Assembly (NCBI GenBank): GCA_963664705.1
Contig: OY761556.1
Location: 4,672,001-4,736,000 of the forward strand
Direction: 5' to 3'
Length of the DNA stretch: 64,000 bases
Source of the DNA: Acidobacteriota bacterium
GTDB lineage: Bacteria > Acidobacteriota > UBA6911
Shown here one piece after another: positions 10,332 to 20,800 of this stretch. The notes beneath the pieces are model-generated. The model searched no databases, had not been told where the DNA came from, and saw only the letters and a list, made by a program, of their open reading frames with translations. How positions within the stretch are numbered: position 1 is the first letter of the stretch; the number at the start of each line of letters is the position of its first letter. A program made the translations under genes and the position numbers.

Positions 10332-10449
10332 TGCGGGTTCTATTGACTCGCATTGTTCGCGGAGATACATTTCAGTTATTCCCCCTTCCTATTCCCGACT
10401 GGATTCTCTTTTGGAATTCCCAGGTCTGCCGGAGAAATAGTTCTTTAGC
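10332..10449. repeat. 118-bp direct repeat, copy 2
   Basis: Matches 9941-10058 with one mismatch. Confidence 0.95.
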
Positions 10450-10486
10450 TTGAGCCTGTCATCGGGAACCCACGAAGGATAATGCT

Positions 10487-10924
10487 ATGGACATCACGGT
10501 TGAATCTCTCCTGCGCCGTAAAGGGCACGAGGTCTTTTCCGTCCCGCCCGACTGCATCGTCTACGATGCGCTAAAAGTACTTGCCGAAAAGGATATTGGA
10601 GCTCTCCTCGTCCTCGAATCAGGGAAGCTGGTTGGCATATTCTCCGAAAGGGATTATGCGCGAAAGATTGTCCTCAAGGGTAAAATCAGCAAAACAACCG
10701 CAGTCAGGGAAGTGATGACGGAAAAGGTTTTTGCGGTGGATGCGCGCGAGAATATTGAAAACTGCATGGAACTGATGACCGGCAAACACATTCGGCATCT
10801 GCCTGTGCTGAAAGACGGCGCCGTCGCTGGCGTGATTTCCATAGGCGACATCGTGAAAGCCATCATTTCCGAACAACAGTCGACCATCCAGGATCTTGAA
10901 AAATACATCATTGGAGGCCGATAG
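10487..10924 (+). CDS. CBS-domain-pair protein
   Basis: Tandem CBS motifs (IGALLV..LVGIFSERD; IRHLPV..GVISIGD). Confidence 0.93.
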   Translation: MDITVESLLRRKGHEVFSVPPDCIVYDALKVLAEKDIGALLVLESGKLVGIFSERDYARKIVLKGKISKTTAVREVMTEKVFAVDARENIENCMELMTGKHIRHLPVLKDGAVAGVISIGDIVKAIISEQQSTIQDLEKYIIGGR

Positions 10925-10957
10925 CGCACCCGCTCCGAAATCTGGAATTTTGGGGAA

Positions 10958-10987
10958 ACAGGTTGCAGGCAGAAACCTGCAACCTGT
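10958..10987. terminator. Hairpin between convergent genes (putative terminator)
   Basis: ACAGGTTGCAGG-cagaaa-CCTGCAACCTGT, perfect 12-bp stem. Confidence 0.6.
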
Positions 10988-11001
10988 CTTGCGGATTACT
11001 T

Positions 11002-13446
11002 CTACAGGTTGTGCTCGTTTCTATTAATAACGTCGTCCTGAATATCCGGAGAAAGCTGTGTGAAGTACGCGCTGAATCCTCCGATGCGGACAATCAGATC
11101 CCTGTGATTCTCCGGGTGGATTTTGGCATCCCTCAGCTCGTTGGTATCCACCATATTATATTGAATGTGCGAGCCGCCGTTTGACAGAAACGCATTGGTG
11201 TACGTCACAAGCTTATCGATGCTCTCGGCGCTTCGAATCATTGCCGAGGAAAATTTCTGGTTCAGAACGGAGGCATGGGACTCGCTGGATCCTGCCTTCA
11301 GAACCGAACGAAGCACTGCCGTAGGTCCCTTCCTGTCGGCACCCCTCATCGGAGAGATAGAGCCGTCGTTGAGCGGTTCAAGGGCTTTTCTGCCGTTGGG
11401 CAGAGCCCCCACGCCCAGCCCGCCGAAGTAGTGCCAGGCCAGGCCTTCTCGGGCGACCATGTAATTGCGGAATGGAGCATTGTCGTAGCTCCGGATTATT
11501 CGATAGGAGTCTTCACTGATCTTCTTGGCAAGCAGATCCACATCGCTCAGATCATTCCCGAATTTGGGCTGAGCCAGGCACATCTGCCGGATTTCCTCAC
11601 CCCGCTTGCCGTCAAAGTTGGTCTCGAGGGCATTCAGCAGTTCACGCATCGACAGCTTCTTATCGTCGAATACCAGCTTCTTTACTGCCATTAGTGAATC
11701 GGCGACATCCACGATCGCCCTGTCTGAAATGCCAAACATGGAGTACACAGGATCCGGAATCACCAGATCTTGGCCCTGATCCATGCATCGCTGAATTCCC
11801 ATGGTTGATAAAAACGGGAGCCGCATATGCTTCGGTTGCTCTTTGCGGGCAATCCCGGCCAACCAGAACGAGCGGTGCGTGATGAATTGGTGCTGTTTCA
11901 TTAACGCACTATACAATTCATCAAAGCTCTTGAATTCCGCCGGATCGCCTGTTTCCAGCCCGGTGCGGTTGCCGTTTATATCGACTCCGTTATGAAGGAC
12001 CAGATGAAGCATTGCGGCCAGGTTACAGGCGGCAATACCCTCGGCTCCATAATGCTCCGCCCTTGATGGCAGACACGGATACACACAGCCCAAACCGCAC
12101 CATTCTGCCGCCTCCTCCATTGGGATCCCGTCTTCCAGGAAATGCTGAATAACGACATCGTCATTTTCAAAAAGGGGAATACCGCCTTTGGTCGCCATGT
12201 TGGTGCGGATGGCTTTGCTCATCAACCACTGGGGCGTGGCCTTGTTCCAACGCAGTCCCAAGGTGGGCGAGGAAAGCTGCAGGAGTCCGATGACGTGCAG
12301 GAAGAGATAGCTCAATTCGTTGGAGCAGTCGGTTCCGGTCTTGTCCACCCCGCCGATCATGACATTGTTAATGCCGAAATTGATCTGGTGGGATTCTTTG
12401 AGGCTCTCAGAAGCAACAAACGTCTGGGTTCCCCATCGTCCAATCAACTCTGCAAGCAACTCCGCGGCTCTCTCGACCGTGAGCATGCCGTTATTGATAT
12501 CCCGGATGAAATAGGGATACAGATATTGATCGCCGCGTCCCCATTGCGGATTGTTGTGCATCGGATGTTCGTAGAGTTTGCATACGCCGATGATGGCCAT
12601 GGCCTGCAGGGCTTCCTGAAAGGTTCTGGCCGGATGCTCGGGCACGTGTTCGCAGATGCCCGCAATCTGAAGCAGTTCGGCTTTGCGTTCCGGACGCGTT
12701 TCCGCTTTTGCCATTTCCTTTGCCAGCGCCGCATACCTGCGCGCATGGTTAATGGCCGCCTCGCTGACGATGATGGCAGACTTCCAGAAGTACAACTTAT
12801 CGATATCGGATTCGCGGTTTGCAATAAATGCATCGATATGGGCCTGCGCTTCCTGAATGAAGCCCCGAAGCCCGGTTTCGAGTATCTTTTTCCACATCAG
12901 CACGGAAGTGGTCTGTCCGTATATCGCGGTATCCAGGGTAGGATCTTTCAGTTTGGCTGCTTCGACATCTTTGATCCAGGAACCCACGACCGCTTCCCAT
13001 GCCTTATAGGTCATTTCGGGTGCGGTTTTTCCCCGAAATTCGCGCGCGCTCTCACGCAGTATCTCGAGGCTCTCGGGATCCATTCCAACATTCGCATCCA
13101 TTGTGATCTGAAGCGCGGCCGTGTCTTTCCAGATGTCAGGAACATAATCACCGCAGACGTCAAACGAGGTCGCGCATCCGATGACCCCTGGCGTCGGACG
13201 CCCTACAATCACATCGTAATCGTGAATCCGGATCTCGACATTCTCGACAATCTTCCTAAAAAGCATGGCGCGCCGTATCTGAATGTCCTCCCCCTCAGTT
13301 TCCCGCCATGACGCCACAGTCCATTTTTCCCTGTCCGCAAATAGCTTCCAGCCCGATTCCTTCATGGCCTTCTTCCACTGCTGGATCCGTTCGCCTAGCT
13401 GTACTGCATCAATTCGGTTGAGGAGTTCCCTGTTCACTTCAGCCAT
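11002..13446 (-). CDS. Glycyl radical enzyme (PFL2/GRE superfamily), substrate unknown
   Basis: 814 aa; GRGDQYLYP; thiyl loop WCGLGCVYP; C-terminal glycyl motif LIVRIGGFSAYF; activase is adjacent. Confidence 0.92.
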   Translation of the reverse strand: MAEVNRELLNRIDAVQLGERIQQWKKAMKESGWKLFADREKWTVASWRETEGEDIQIRRAMLFRKIVENVEIRIHDYDVIVGRPTPGVIGCATSFDVCGDYVPDIWKDTAALQITMDANVGMDPESLEILRESAREFRGKTAPEMTYKAWEAVVGSWIKDVEAAKLKDPTLDTAIYGQTTSVLMWKKILETGLRGFIQEAQAHIDAFIANRESDIDKLYFWKSAIIVSEAAINHARRYAALAKEMAKAETRPERKAELLQIAGICEHVPEHPARTFQEALQAMAIIGVCKLYEHPMHNNPQWGRGDQYLYPYFIRDINNGMLTVERAAELLAELIGRWGTQTFVASESLKESHQINFGINNVMIGGVDKTGTDCSNELSYLFLHVIGLLQLSSPTLGLRWNKATPQWLMSKAIRTNMATKGGIPLFENDDVVIQHFLEDGIPMEEAAEWCGLGCVYPCLPSRAEHYGAEGIAACNLAAMLHLVLHNGVDINGNRTGLETGDPAEFKSFDELYSALMKQHQFITHRSFWLAGIARKEQPKHMRLPFLSTMGIQRCMDQGQDLVIPDPVYSMFGISDRAIVDVADSLMAVKKLVFDDKKLSMRELLNALETNFDGKRGEEIRQMCLAQPKFGNDLSDVDLLAKKISEDSYRIIRSYDNAPFRNYMVAREGLAWHYFGGLGVGALPNGRKALEPLNDGSISPMRGADRKGPTAVLRSVLKAGSSESHASVLNQKFSSAMIRSAESIDKLVTYTNAFLSNGGSHIQYNMVDTNELRDAKIHPENHRDLIVRIGGFSAYFTQLSPDIQDDVINRNEHNL

Positions 13447-13501
13447 TTTTCACCTCGCTGCTTGCTTTGTTGCCACCCATCCTGCGAAATAGTCCAATAA
13501 A

Positions 13502-14416
13502 TCACCTAGAAATCGTACAGTCAATGCCGTACCCGACATACGCCTGTCGAACGGCTTCCAGCTGTGCCTCATCCATGGGAACAATTTCCTCGATCGCACA
13601 CGGCACGTCCAGCGCCCGGTATTTGCTCTGGCCCATTCGGTGGTACGGCATCAGCTGCAGTCTTGCTGCTTTGCCGCCGAGATTAGCCAGAAACCTGGCG
13701 GTTGCATCTATATTCTCGCTCGAATCATTAATTCCAGGGATCAGCGGCTGTCGGAACAATACATCGCTCGCGCGCTCCACGACCAGTCTGGCATTATTTA
13801 AGATCTGATCGTTGAATTGTCCAGTGTACCGCCGGTGAACACTCGAATCCATGTGCTTCAGATCAAACAGGAAATGATCGGTCACCGGAATGACCTGGAT
13901 AAATGCCTCCGGATCGACGAACCCGCACGTTTCCACGCATGTATCAATATGCTGCTGGCGGCTCAACTCAAAGAGCTCCCGGACAAACTGCGCCCTGAGC
14001 AGGGGCTCGCCGCCGGAAACGGTCACCCCTCCGCCGGAACTGTCATAAAACATTTTATCGCGCTGAACAGCATCCCAAACCTCGGCAACGGTCATGGGTT
14101 CGCCATACCGAACCAGAGCGCCGTGATAGCACTGCTCTTTGCATTTACCGCAGGATTTGCAGCGGGAATAATCGATGCGGTGTTCCCCTTCGCCGGCCTG
14201 GATGGCATGATTGGGACAGGCATCCAGGCATTTTCCACAATTTGCGCAGAGGGTTCGGATAAAGCCGATCAGCGGCGATCCCGGCAGGCATTCCGGATTG
14301 GCACACCACTGGCATGCCAGCGGACAGCCTTTGAAAAAAACAACGGTTCGAATCCCGGGGCCATCATGAATGGAAAAGCCCTGGATGTTCGTGATGATTG
14401 CACTCTGCATCGTCAT
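13502..14416 (-). CDS. Glycyl-radical-enzyme activating enzyme (radical SAM with 2x[4Fe-4S] ferredoxin insert)
   Basis: IHDGPGIRTVVFFKGCPLACQWCANPE; CxxCxxCxxxC twice; GVTVSGGEP. Confidence 0.95.
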   Translation of the reverse strand: MTMQSAIITNIQGFSIHDGPGIRTVVFFKGCPLACQWCANPECLPGSPLIGFIRTLCANCGKCLDACPNHAIQAGEGEHRIDYSRCKSCGKCKEQCYHGALVRYGEPMTVAEVWDAVQRDKMFYDSSGGGVTVSGGEPLLRAQFVRELFELSRQQHIDTCVETCGFVDPEAFIQVIPVTDHFLFDLKHMDSSVHRRYTGQFNDQILNNARLVVERASDVLFRQPLIPGINDSSENIDATARFLANLGGKAARLQLMPYHRMGQSKYRALDVPCAIEEIVPMDEAQLEAVRQAYVGYGIDCTISR

Positions 14417-14518
14417 TCCGACAAAGGATACATCGGCAATGATGAAATTGCTATTTCTTAGAGTCTCCACAAAGTTAGAGAAAGCTCATTAGCTCTAAGA
14501 CATAGACGCCTCGCAAAA

Positions 14519-15310
14519 TCAGCCGGCCAGTACCGAAGCATCCAGTGCATGCACACCGGCATCGCAGGTAAACTCGGAGGCGGTGGTATACGCGGATTCA
14601 TCGCTGGCCAGGTAAACAAAAAGTCCGGCAATTTCGGGTGGGAACGCAATGCGTTTGAGCGGGGCCGGTCCCGCCATGGTCTTCAGGCGTTCTTCCACGC
14701 TTATTCCGGCCGCGTGCGCCGTTTCTTCCAGCCTTCGATCGAACATTTCCGAGCGGAAGGCGCCGGGCAATATCACATTGCTGCGAATTTTTTGGTCACC
14801 GAAATCCATGGCCACCTGTCGCGAAAGCCCAAGCAATCCTGATTTTGCCGAGCAATACGCCGCTGCAAATGGAAGGCCCCGAATCGCACCAATCGATGCA
14901 ACATTAATAATGGAGCCGCCACCGGCCCGGAGCATATGCGGAATCGCATATTTCATTACAAGAAACGGTCCGGTCAGATTGGTGTCCATCACCTTTTGCC
15001 AGAGATTGATCTCCATGTCGACGACTGTTCCCGGAACTCCCATCGCGGCATTGTTTACTACGATGTCCAGTTTGCCTCCGAAAGCCGCAGCGGTTTCCAC
15101 CATGCGCTGCACATCTTCCAGCTTGCTGACATCCGCGACGCATACGGTGATCTGACTGCTGGAAAAACGCCCAGCCATCTTGTCCAGTTCTTCACGGCGA
15201 CGGCCGGTAATGCAAACCTTGGCTCCTTCGTTGATGAATGCCTCGGCAACAGCAGCGCCAATGCCCGTGCCGCCTCCGGTAATCAATGCCACCTTTCCCT
15301 GCAATCTCAT
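14519..15310 (-). CDS. Short-chain dehydrogenase/reductase (classical SDR)
   Basis: TGGGTGIG, NNAA, YCSAK catalytic motif. Confidence 0.95.
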   Translation of the reverse strand: MRLQGKVALITGGGTGIGAAVAEAFINEGAKVCITGRRREELDKMAGRFSSSQITVCVADVSKLEDVQRMVETAAAFGGKLDIVVNNAAMGVPGTVVDMEINLWQKVMDTNLTGPFLVMKYAIPHMLRAGGGSIINVASIGAIRGLPFAAAYCSAKSGLLGLSRQVAMDFGDQKIRSNVILPGAFRSEMFDRRLEETAHAAGISVEERLKTMAGPAPLKRIAFPPEIAGLFVYLASDESAYTTASEFTCDAGVHALDASVLAG

Positions 15311-15538
15311 GCGCTTCTCCTGTTGAGTAAAGCTCGTTGGATTCGAACTGTATCTCTATACGAGGATGGGCCTTTTTGCAAATAAATTGGTGACCCTGGG
15401 GACCGGCAAAAAGTCGAACTCAAAGAGATAAGTTGAGAACCCGATTGACAGTTGATCCGGGACTGGAATTAAATGAACGGCATATCGGATGCAGGGCATG
15501 CACGCCGCATGTCTTTGCATCATCTTAAAGGAGCTAGT

Positions 15539-15997
15539 ATGGGAGACCCCAAGGAACCTAAAGCTGTGGTTAGCACTAATCTCGAATTGCCTGCGGGCGT
15601 TCACAACTTCGAAGTTGATGACCTTGCAGACAAGGCGCCCGATTCGGACCCGATCAAACGGGTTATCTATATCGACGAGAGGATCATACCGGGATCGTTC
15701 TATGTTGAAGCTTGCTGGGTCGTGGGCTCCGTACCGAGGTCCCATCCGGAACACACCCATCCGGACTACGATGAAATTGTCGGCTTTGTCGGCAGTAATA
15801 TGGAAGATCCCAATGACCTGGGTGCGGAAATCGATTTCGTCGTTGGCGATCAGAAGATGACGATCACCAAAACCTGCTTTATTCACGTGCCTGCCGGGGT
15901 CAGTCATGGCGGGCTTTGCTTCCGAAAAATTGACCGGCCGGTGTTTCAGATCGCGATGTCCCGGATGCCCGCCTTCTCAAGCATTCCACCTACATAG
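15539..15997 (+). CDS. Cupin-like protein
   Basis: HPEHTHPDYDE and HVPAGVSHG metal-binding cupin motifs; AAGGAG RBS before ATG 15539. Confidence 0.8.
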   Translation: MGDPKEPKAVVSTNLELPAGVHNFEVDDLADKAPDSDPIKRVIYIDERIIPGSFYVEACWVVGSVPRSHPEHTHPDYDEIVGFVGSNMEDPNDLGAEIDFVVGDQKMTITKTCFIHVPAGVSHGGLCFRKIDRPVFQIAMSRMPAFSSIPPT

Positions 15998-16011
15998 ACA
16001 TCAGTTATTTA

Positions 16012-16047
16012 CGGAATTCGTGGCGCACATGATCGCCACGAATTCCG
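16012..16047. terminator. Hairpin between convergent genes
   Basis: CGGAATTCGTGGCG-8 nt-CGCCACGAATTCCG, perfect 14-bp stem. Confidence 0.6.
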
Positions 16048-16127
16048 CAATACTCGGCAGGCTTTGCTTGCTTGCAAATTTACATCCGGCCGCCGGCCGC
16101 AATTGGACAGCCTCTTCTCGCCGAAGG

Positions 16128-17066
16128 CTATTCCGCGGCAACAGTCAACGGCTGATCGAGTTGGAAGGTCAGGATTGTCTCTGCCGGCACCTTGATCGAG
16201 CCGCCTTTTGTGATGGCCTGGGTCACCACACCTGCTCCTGCTCCGGACGCGGCACCAATAGCCGCTCCCTTTCCGCCACCGGCAATTGCTCCGATAATCG
16301 CGCCCAGCGCAGCTCCACCGCCGGTATAGGTGGCGGTACGCTTATTCGCGCCCATTCCCTGTTTCCCGACCTTGCTGATCGCGGCAGTCTGAATGGCATA
16401 ACGCTTGCCGTTGATCGTTACGGATTTCAGGTCAAGCACCAGATCTGATGTCCCACGAAAGCGCCCGCCCTTGGATGCCGATTTGATCACAATCTCCGTA
16501 TTGGAGCGAGCTGGAATGACCACGTCCCCGGATGCATCCACAACATTTTTCGTAACCTCTCCCGAGAAGGTCTGCTCTTCAGTCGCGGTTGCAGAATTGA
16601 TGGCCTCAAAAGTACGAACGGCCACCTTGGTTCCGACCGGCAGTTCGTACATCGGCTTCAATTTTTCTGCTTTCTCCGCTGCTTCCGGCTGCATTCTCTG
16701 AACCGGAGCGGCAGGAGTTTTCACGACAGCGGTCGGAGCCTTGGCGTTTGGCTCCGGCGAAGTCGATTCGGTCGAAGGGACAGCGGAGGGTGGGGTATCC
16801 ACCGCGGGAGCGGGTGCGGCATCCGCGTATTCAATGGACCGGACCTGGTCCATGGGAATCGTTCGCGTAATCTTGTCATCACCGGCAACAGCAATTTCCT
16901 TCTCCGAACTGGACACCACATTTCCTGAGGTCGTTGTCCCATCCTTCATCGTTACCGTTGCATGCTTCGGAGGCTGCGATGAGGAAGTGTCCGTCTGGTT
17001 CTTTGCGCAGGAAGCAAAAATCAGCGCCGCAAAAACAACAGCGGCAAAAGCCAAAGACCGCTTCAT
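16128..17066 (-). CDS. Lipoprotein with Pro/Ala-rich linker and glycine-zipper C-terminal domain
   Basis: Lipobox IFASC; GAALGAIIGAIAGGGKGAAIGA glycine zipper; AGGAGG RBS. Confidence 0.8.
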   Translation of the reverse strand: MKRSLAFAAVVFAALIFASCAKNQTDTSSSQPPKHATVTMKDGTTTSGNVVSSSEKEIAVAGDDKITRTIPMDQVRSIEYADAAPAPAVDTPPSAVPSTESTSPEPNAKAPTAVVKTPAAPVQRMQPEAAEKAEKLKPMYELPVGTKVAVRTFEAINSATATEEQTFSGEVTKNVVDASGDVVIPARSNTEIVIKSASKGGRFRGTSDLVLDLKSVTINGKRYAIQTAAISKVGKQGMGANKRTATYTGGGAALGAIIGAIAGGGKGAAIGAASGAGAGVVTQAITKGGSIKVPAETILTFQLDQPLTVAAE

Positions 17067-17273
17067 GATAGGTGTTCCTCCTTTATTCAAGTGAAATGAC
17101 ATTACATCCCAACAGTATACACCGTCCCTACAGTGGACACGTCTTGACCTGAATTCACAAAATACGGGATGGCCAGATTTACCTATCCACAAATGAGCAT
17201 ATTTGCTTATACCAAATTCTAGAGCAACCGGGATCTAATATTATGGAGGATTATAGACAAACGGGAGGTTCTG

Positions 17274-17792
17274 ATGGTTAAGACCGTTTTAGTGAGTTTC
17301 GTCCTATCGTTATTCCTGCTCAATGCTTATGCGGGAATTCCGGAAGTCGGCATGCAAGCGCCGCCGTTTATGCTCAAGAATCAGGATGGGGTTGATGTAA
17401 AACTCAGCGACTTCAAAACGAAGTGGGTTGTCCTCTATTTTTATCCAAAGGACTTCACCTCCGGCTGCACCTTGGAAGCTCGCAATTTTCAGCATGATCT
17501 GGCGAACTATGAAAAGCTGGGCGCGGTGATTATTGGCGTCAGCGTCGACTCAGCGGGATCGCACAAAGATTTTTGCTCGAAAGAAGGGTTAGGCTTCAAA
17601 CTGCTTGCGGATACCGACCATAGGGTATCGGCGCTTTACGGCTCGCTTGGAGAGTACCAGGGAAATGCCATGGCATTGCGGAATACATTCATCATTGATC
17701 CAGGTGGGAAGATTGCCAAAATCTTTCAGTCGGTAAAGCCCGCAACCCACAGCGCTGAGGTACTGGCCGCGCTCGCCCAGCTGCAGCATTAA
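17274..17792 (+). CDS. bcp: Peroxiredoxin, BCP/PrxQ family, with N-terminal signal peptide
   Basis: VLYFYPKDFTSGCT peroxidatic motif; hydrophobic N-terminus. Confidence 0.88.
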   Translation: MVKTVLVSFVLSLFLLNAYAGIPEVGMQAPPFMLKNQDGVDVKLSDFKTKWVVLYFYPKDFTSGCTLEARNFQHDLANYEKLGAVIIGVSVDSAGSHKDFCSKEGLGFKLLADTDHRVSALYGSLGEYQGNAMALRNTFIIDPGGKIAKIFQSVKPATHSAEVLAALAQLQH

Positions 17793-17797
17793 ACTGA

Positions 17798-17816
17798 GAG
17801 CGCCGCCGTCTCGCCC
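17798..17816. repeat. 19-bp direct repeat, copy 1 (GAGCGCCGCCGTCTCGCCC)
   Basis: Identical to 26954-26972. Confidence 0.75.
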
Positions 17817-17872
17817 GATGCATTTGCTTTTTAATAATTGCTGTTCTTTCGCCCCTAGGGCTGAGATCGCCT

Positions 17873-20800
17873 TCAGGCTTGCCTGGCTTTTTGAAGTATC
17901 GCAGCCAGCTGCTGCCGCGAAAATGGCTTCTGAAGAATATAAGTTTCCGGATCCATCACTCCCTGGTGCTCGAGAATATCCGCGGTCCAGCCAGACATAA
18001 AGATACATTTCAGGCCCGGGCGTAATGACCAAATCTTGTTCGCCAGGTCGTGTCCATTCATTTTGGGCATCACAACATCGGACAGCAATACATCAATATC
18101 CCCGGGATGTGTTTGAGCCGAGCGGATCGCTTCATCCGGAGTTGCTGCCGGCAGAACCAAATAGCCCAGGTCTTCCAGCATTCTGGTGGTCAACCTCAAA
18201 ATGGAACCTTCATCTTCAACAAGCAAAACCGTTCCCTGCCCTTTTGCAGCCGACAGGGATCTATCCGATGTCCCGGCAGTGCTTCCCTGAAAACGAGGCA
18301 GATATATTTCAAACTTGGTGCCGGCTCCCTGTTTGCTTTGAACTTTGATATAGCCGCTGTTCTGTTTCACAATCCCATATACGGTCGACAATCCCAGTCC
18401 CGTTCCCTTTGTAGCATCCTTCGTTGTAAAGAACGGTTCAAAAATATGCTGCAGGGTCTGTTCATCCATCCCGACTCCGGTGTCTCTTATCGAGAGACAC
18501 ACGTAGTCGCCAGAGACCCAGTTGTCGTGCCCGGCCCCATACTGCTCCGTAACGGTTACATTTGCAGTTTCAATGGTCAACGTGCCGATCCCCTGAATCG
18601 CATCCCTGGCATTGACCGCGAGATTGGCCATTATCTGGTCTACCTGGGAAGGATCCATCCGGATGGTCCAGAGACCCTCTCCAGGATTCCATTCCATTCC
18701 GATATCTTCGCCGATGAGCCGTTTGAGCATCTTGGCCATGCCGGAAACGGTTTCGTTCAGATCCAGCACTTTGGGAACAACGGTTTGTTTCCGGGCAAAG
18801 GCCAACAACTGTCGCGTGAGATCGGCGGAACGCTGTGCTGCTTTCTGAATCTCCTTCAAATCGTCAAAGAGGGGTTGCGAGATATGCACCTGGTCCAGCG
18901 CGAGCTCAGTGTGGCCGAGAATGACGCCAAGCATATTGTTGAAGTCATGGGCGACGCCGCCCGCCAGGCGGCCGACCGATTCCATTTTTTGTGCCTGGAC
19001 AAAGAGCTCCGTCATGGTCTGCTTCTCGACTTCAGCCCGCTTGCGTTCTGTGATATCGCTGAAGATGACAGCAAATTGCCCTGGGGCGGTCTGGTAGGCA
19101 AATACATGGAACCAGTAATCCAGGGCTTCGCTATAGCCCTCAAAGTGGATGGGAGTGCCGGTCAAGGCAACCTGGCCATAATTGTCAATCCGCTGCGGCT
19201 CGATATTCGGGATCACCTCCGTAACACAGCGTCCCTGCAGTTCCGCACGCTTCAGGCCGGTCAACCGCTCAAACGCCGGGTTCACATCGAGAAACCGGTA
19301 GTCGTAGGGAATGCCTTCGGCATCCGCAATGATTTCGTGCAAGGCAAAACCCTCGGTCATGTTGTTGAACAGGGACCGATACCTTTCTTCGCTTTCCTTC
19401 AGCGCGCGCTCATCATTCTTTCTGTCAGTAATATCATGTGAGACACCGACAATTCCGATGATATTTCCTTTTTCATCCTGCCAGGGTGCCTTGATTGACA
19501 GGAATGACCGCCGTCCATCAACCGTATCAATGATCTCTTCCAGCTCCGCAGGATTTCCGCTCTCGACGATGCGTCGATCGTTTTCAAGAATGGCTTGCGC
19601 TGTCTGCGGATCATCGAAGATTTCCCGATCATTCCGGCCTAATGCCTGTGCCTCCGTTTTCCCAATAATCTGCAGCACAGCAGGGTTTGCCATCAACCAT
19701 CGACTATCCCGGCTCTTGACATAAATGGCATTCGGCGAATTCTCGATGACAGCCCGGAGCAGACTTTCGCTGCGTCGCACAGACTCTTCGGCGCGCCTGC
19801 GTTCGGAAATATCCACCAGGGTCGTCAGTGCCACCTTTTCGCCCTTGACAGTCAGCACAGACGAAGAAAACTGCGCCGTGAAGAGTTCTCCGGACTTTTT
19901 CCGGAATTCCTGCTCCCAGCCTCGAACTGAACCTTTGTCTTTCAGCGTCTGCAGGAATATGGCGGCATCTTCCTCGCTCGTCCAGATGTTCAGGTCGGTG
20001 GCGGAACGACCGATCACCTCTTCGCGATGCCGCTCATTGAGCGCCATCCAGGAATCATTCACCTCGAGAAATGTGCTGTCTTCCAAACGGGTCATCGCAA
20101 GGGCGGCGGGGTTGCCGGCAAAAGCTCTCGAGAATTTCTCTTCCGACAAGCGCACCATCTCTTCCGACTGTTTGCGTTCGGTAATGTCCCATGCCAATCC
20201 GTTTACCCAGCGCGGTTTCCCATCGGTGTCCCCAACCAGTTTTCCCCGGGCATTGATATACCGGATACTGCCATCCGGCCAAACGACGCGATATTCAACT
20301 TCCAGAGGGCTGCTCGTCTCAACGGCTCTATTCAGAGCCGCCGTAAGAAGCGGCCGATCATCCACATGCACTAACTTAAAAAACTCCTCGGAAGACACAA
20401 AGGAGCAGTCCGGGTCCATCCCCAGGCAGCGGCAGACCTGTTTATCAAAGTGCTGCGTCCTGTCCTGCAGGTCCATGCGCCAGATTCCCATTCCGGAGGA
20501 ACTCAAGGCCATTTCCAGGCTTTCATGGCTCTCCCGGAGTTCATTCTCTATCTGAACACGATCCGTGATGTCGAGACTGATACCTCCAACAAACTGCTCC
20601 CCGGCTGCGTTGCTAAAGGAAAACTTCGAAGACAACCAGAAGCTGTGAGCGCCATTGGCCTCAACCAGTTCTTCCAGAATCTTCTTCCTGGTATTTGATG
20701 CAAGAACTGCAAGATCATTGTTCCGAAACTGCCGTGCGACTTCCTGGGGGAAAAAGTCCGCATCCGTTTTTCCGAGCAGGTCCTTCTGCCGCACACCAAT

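Noticed and set aside
11002-13446. Assigning the GRE as pflB, cutC or bssA
   Set aside because: It lacks the adjacent CC of PFL, the GCVE loop of eliminases, and the CMSP-type loop and small subunits of fumarate-adding enzymes.
17144-17157. Weak FNR-like sequence TTGACCTGAATTCA
   Set aside because: The right half-site is degenerate and it lacks the extended flank seen in the three accepted boxes.
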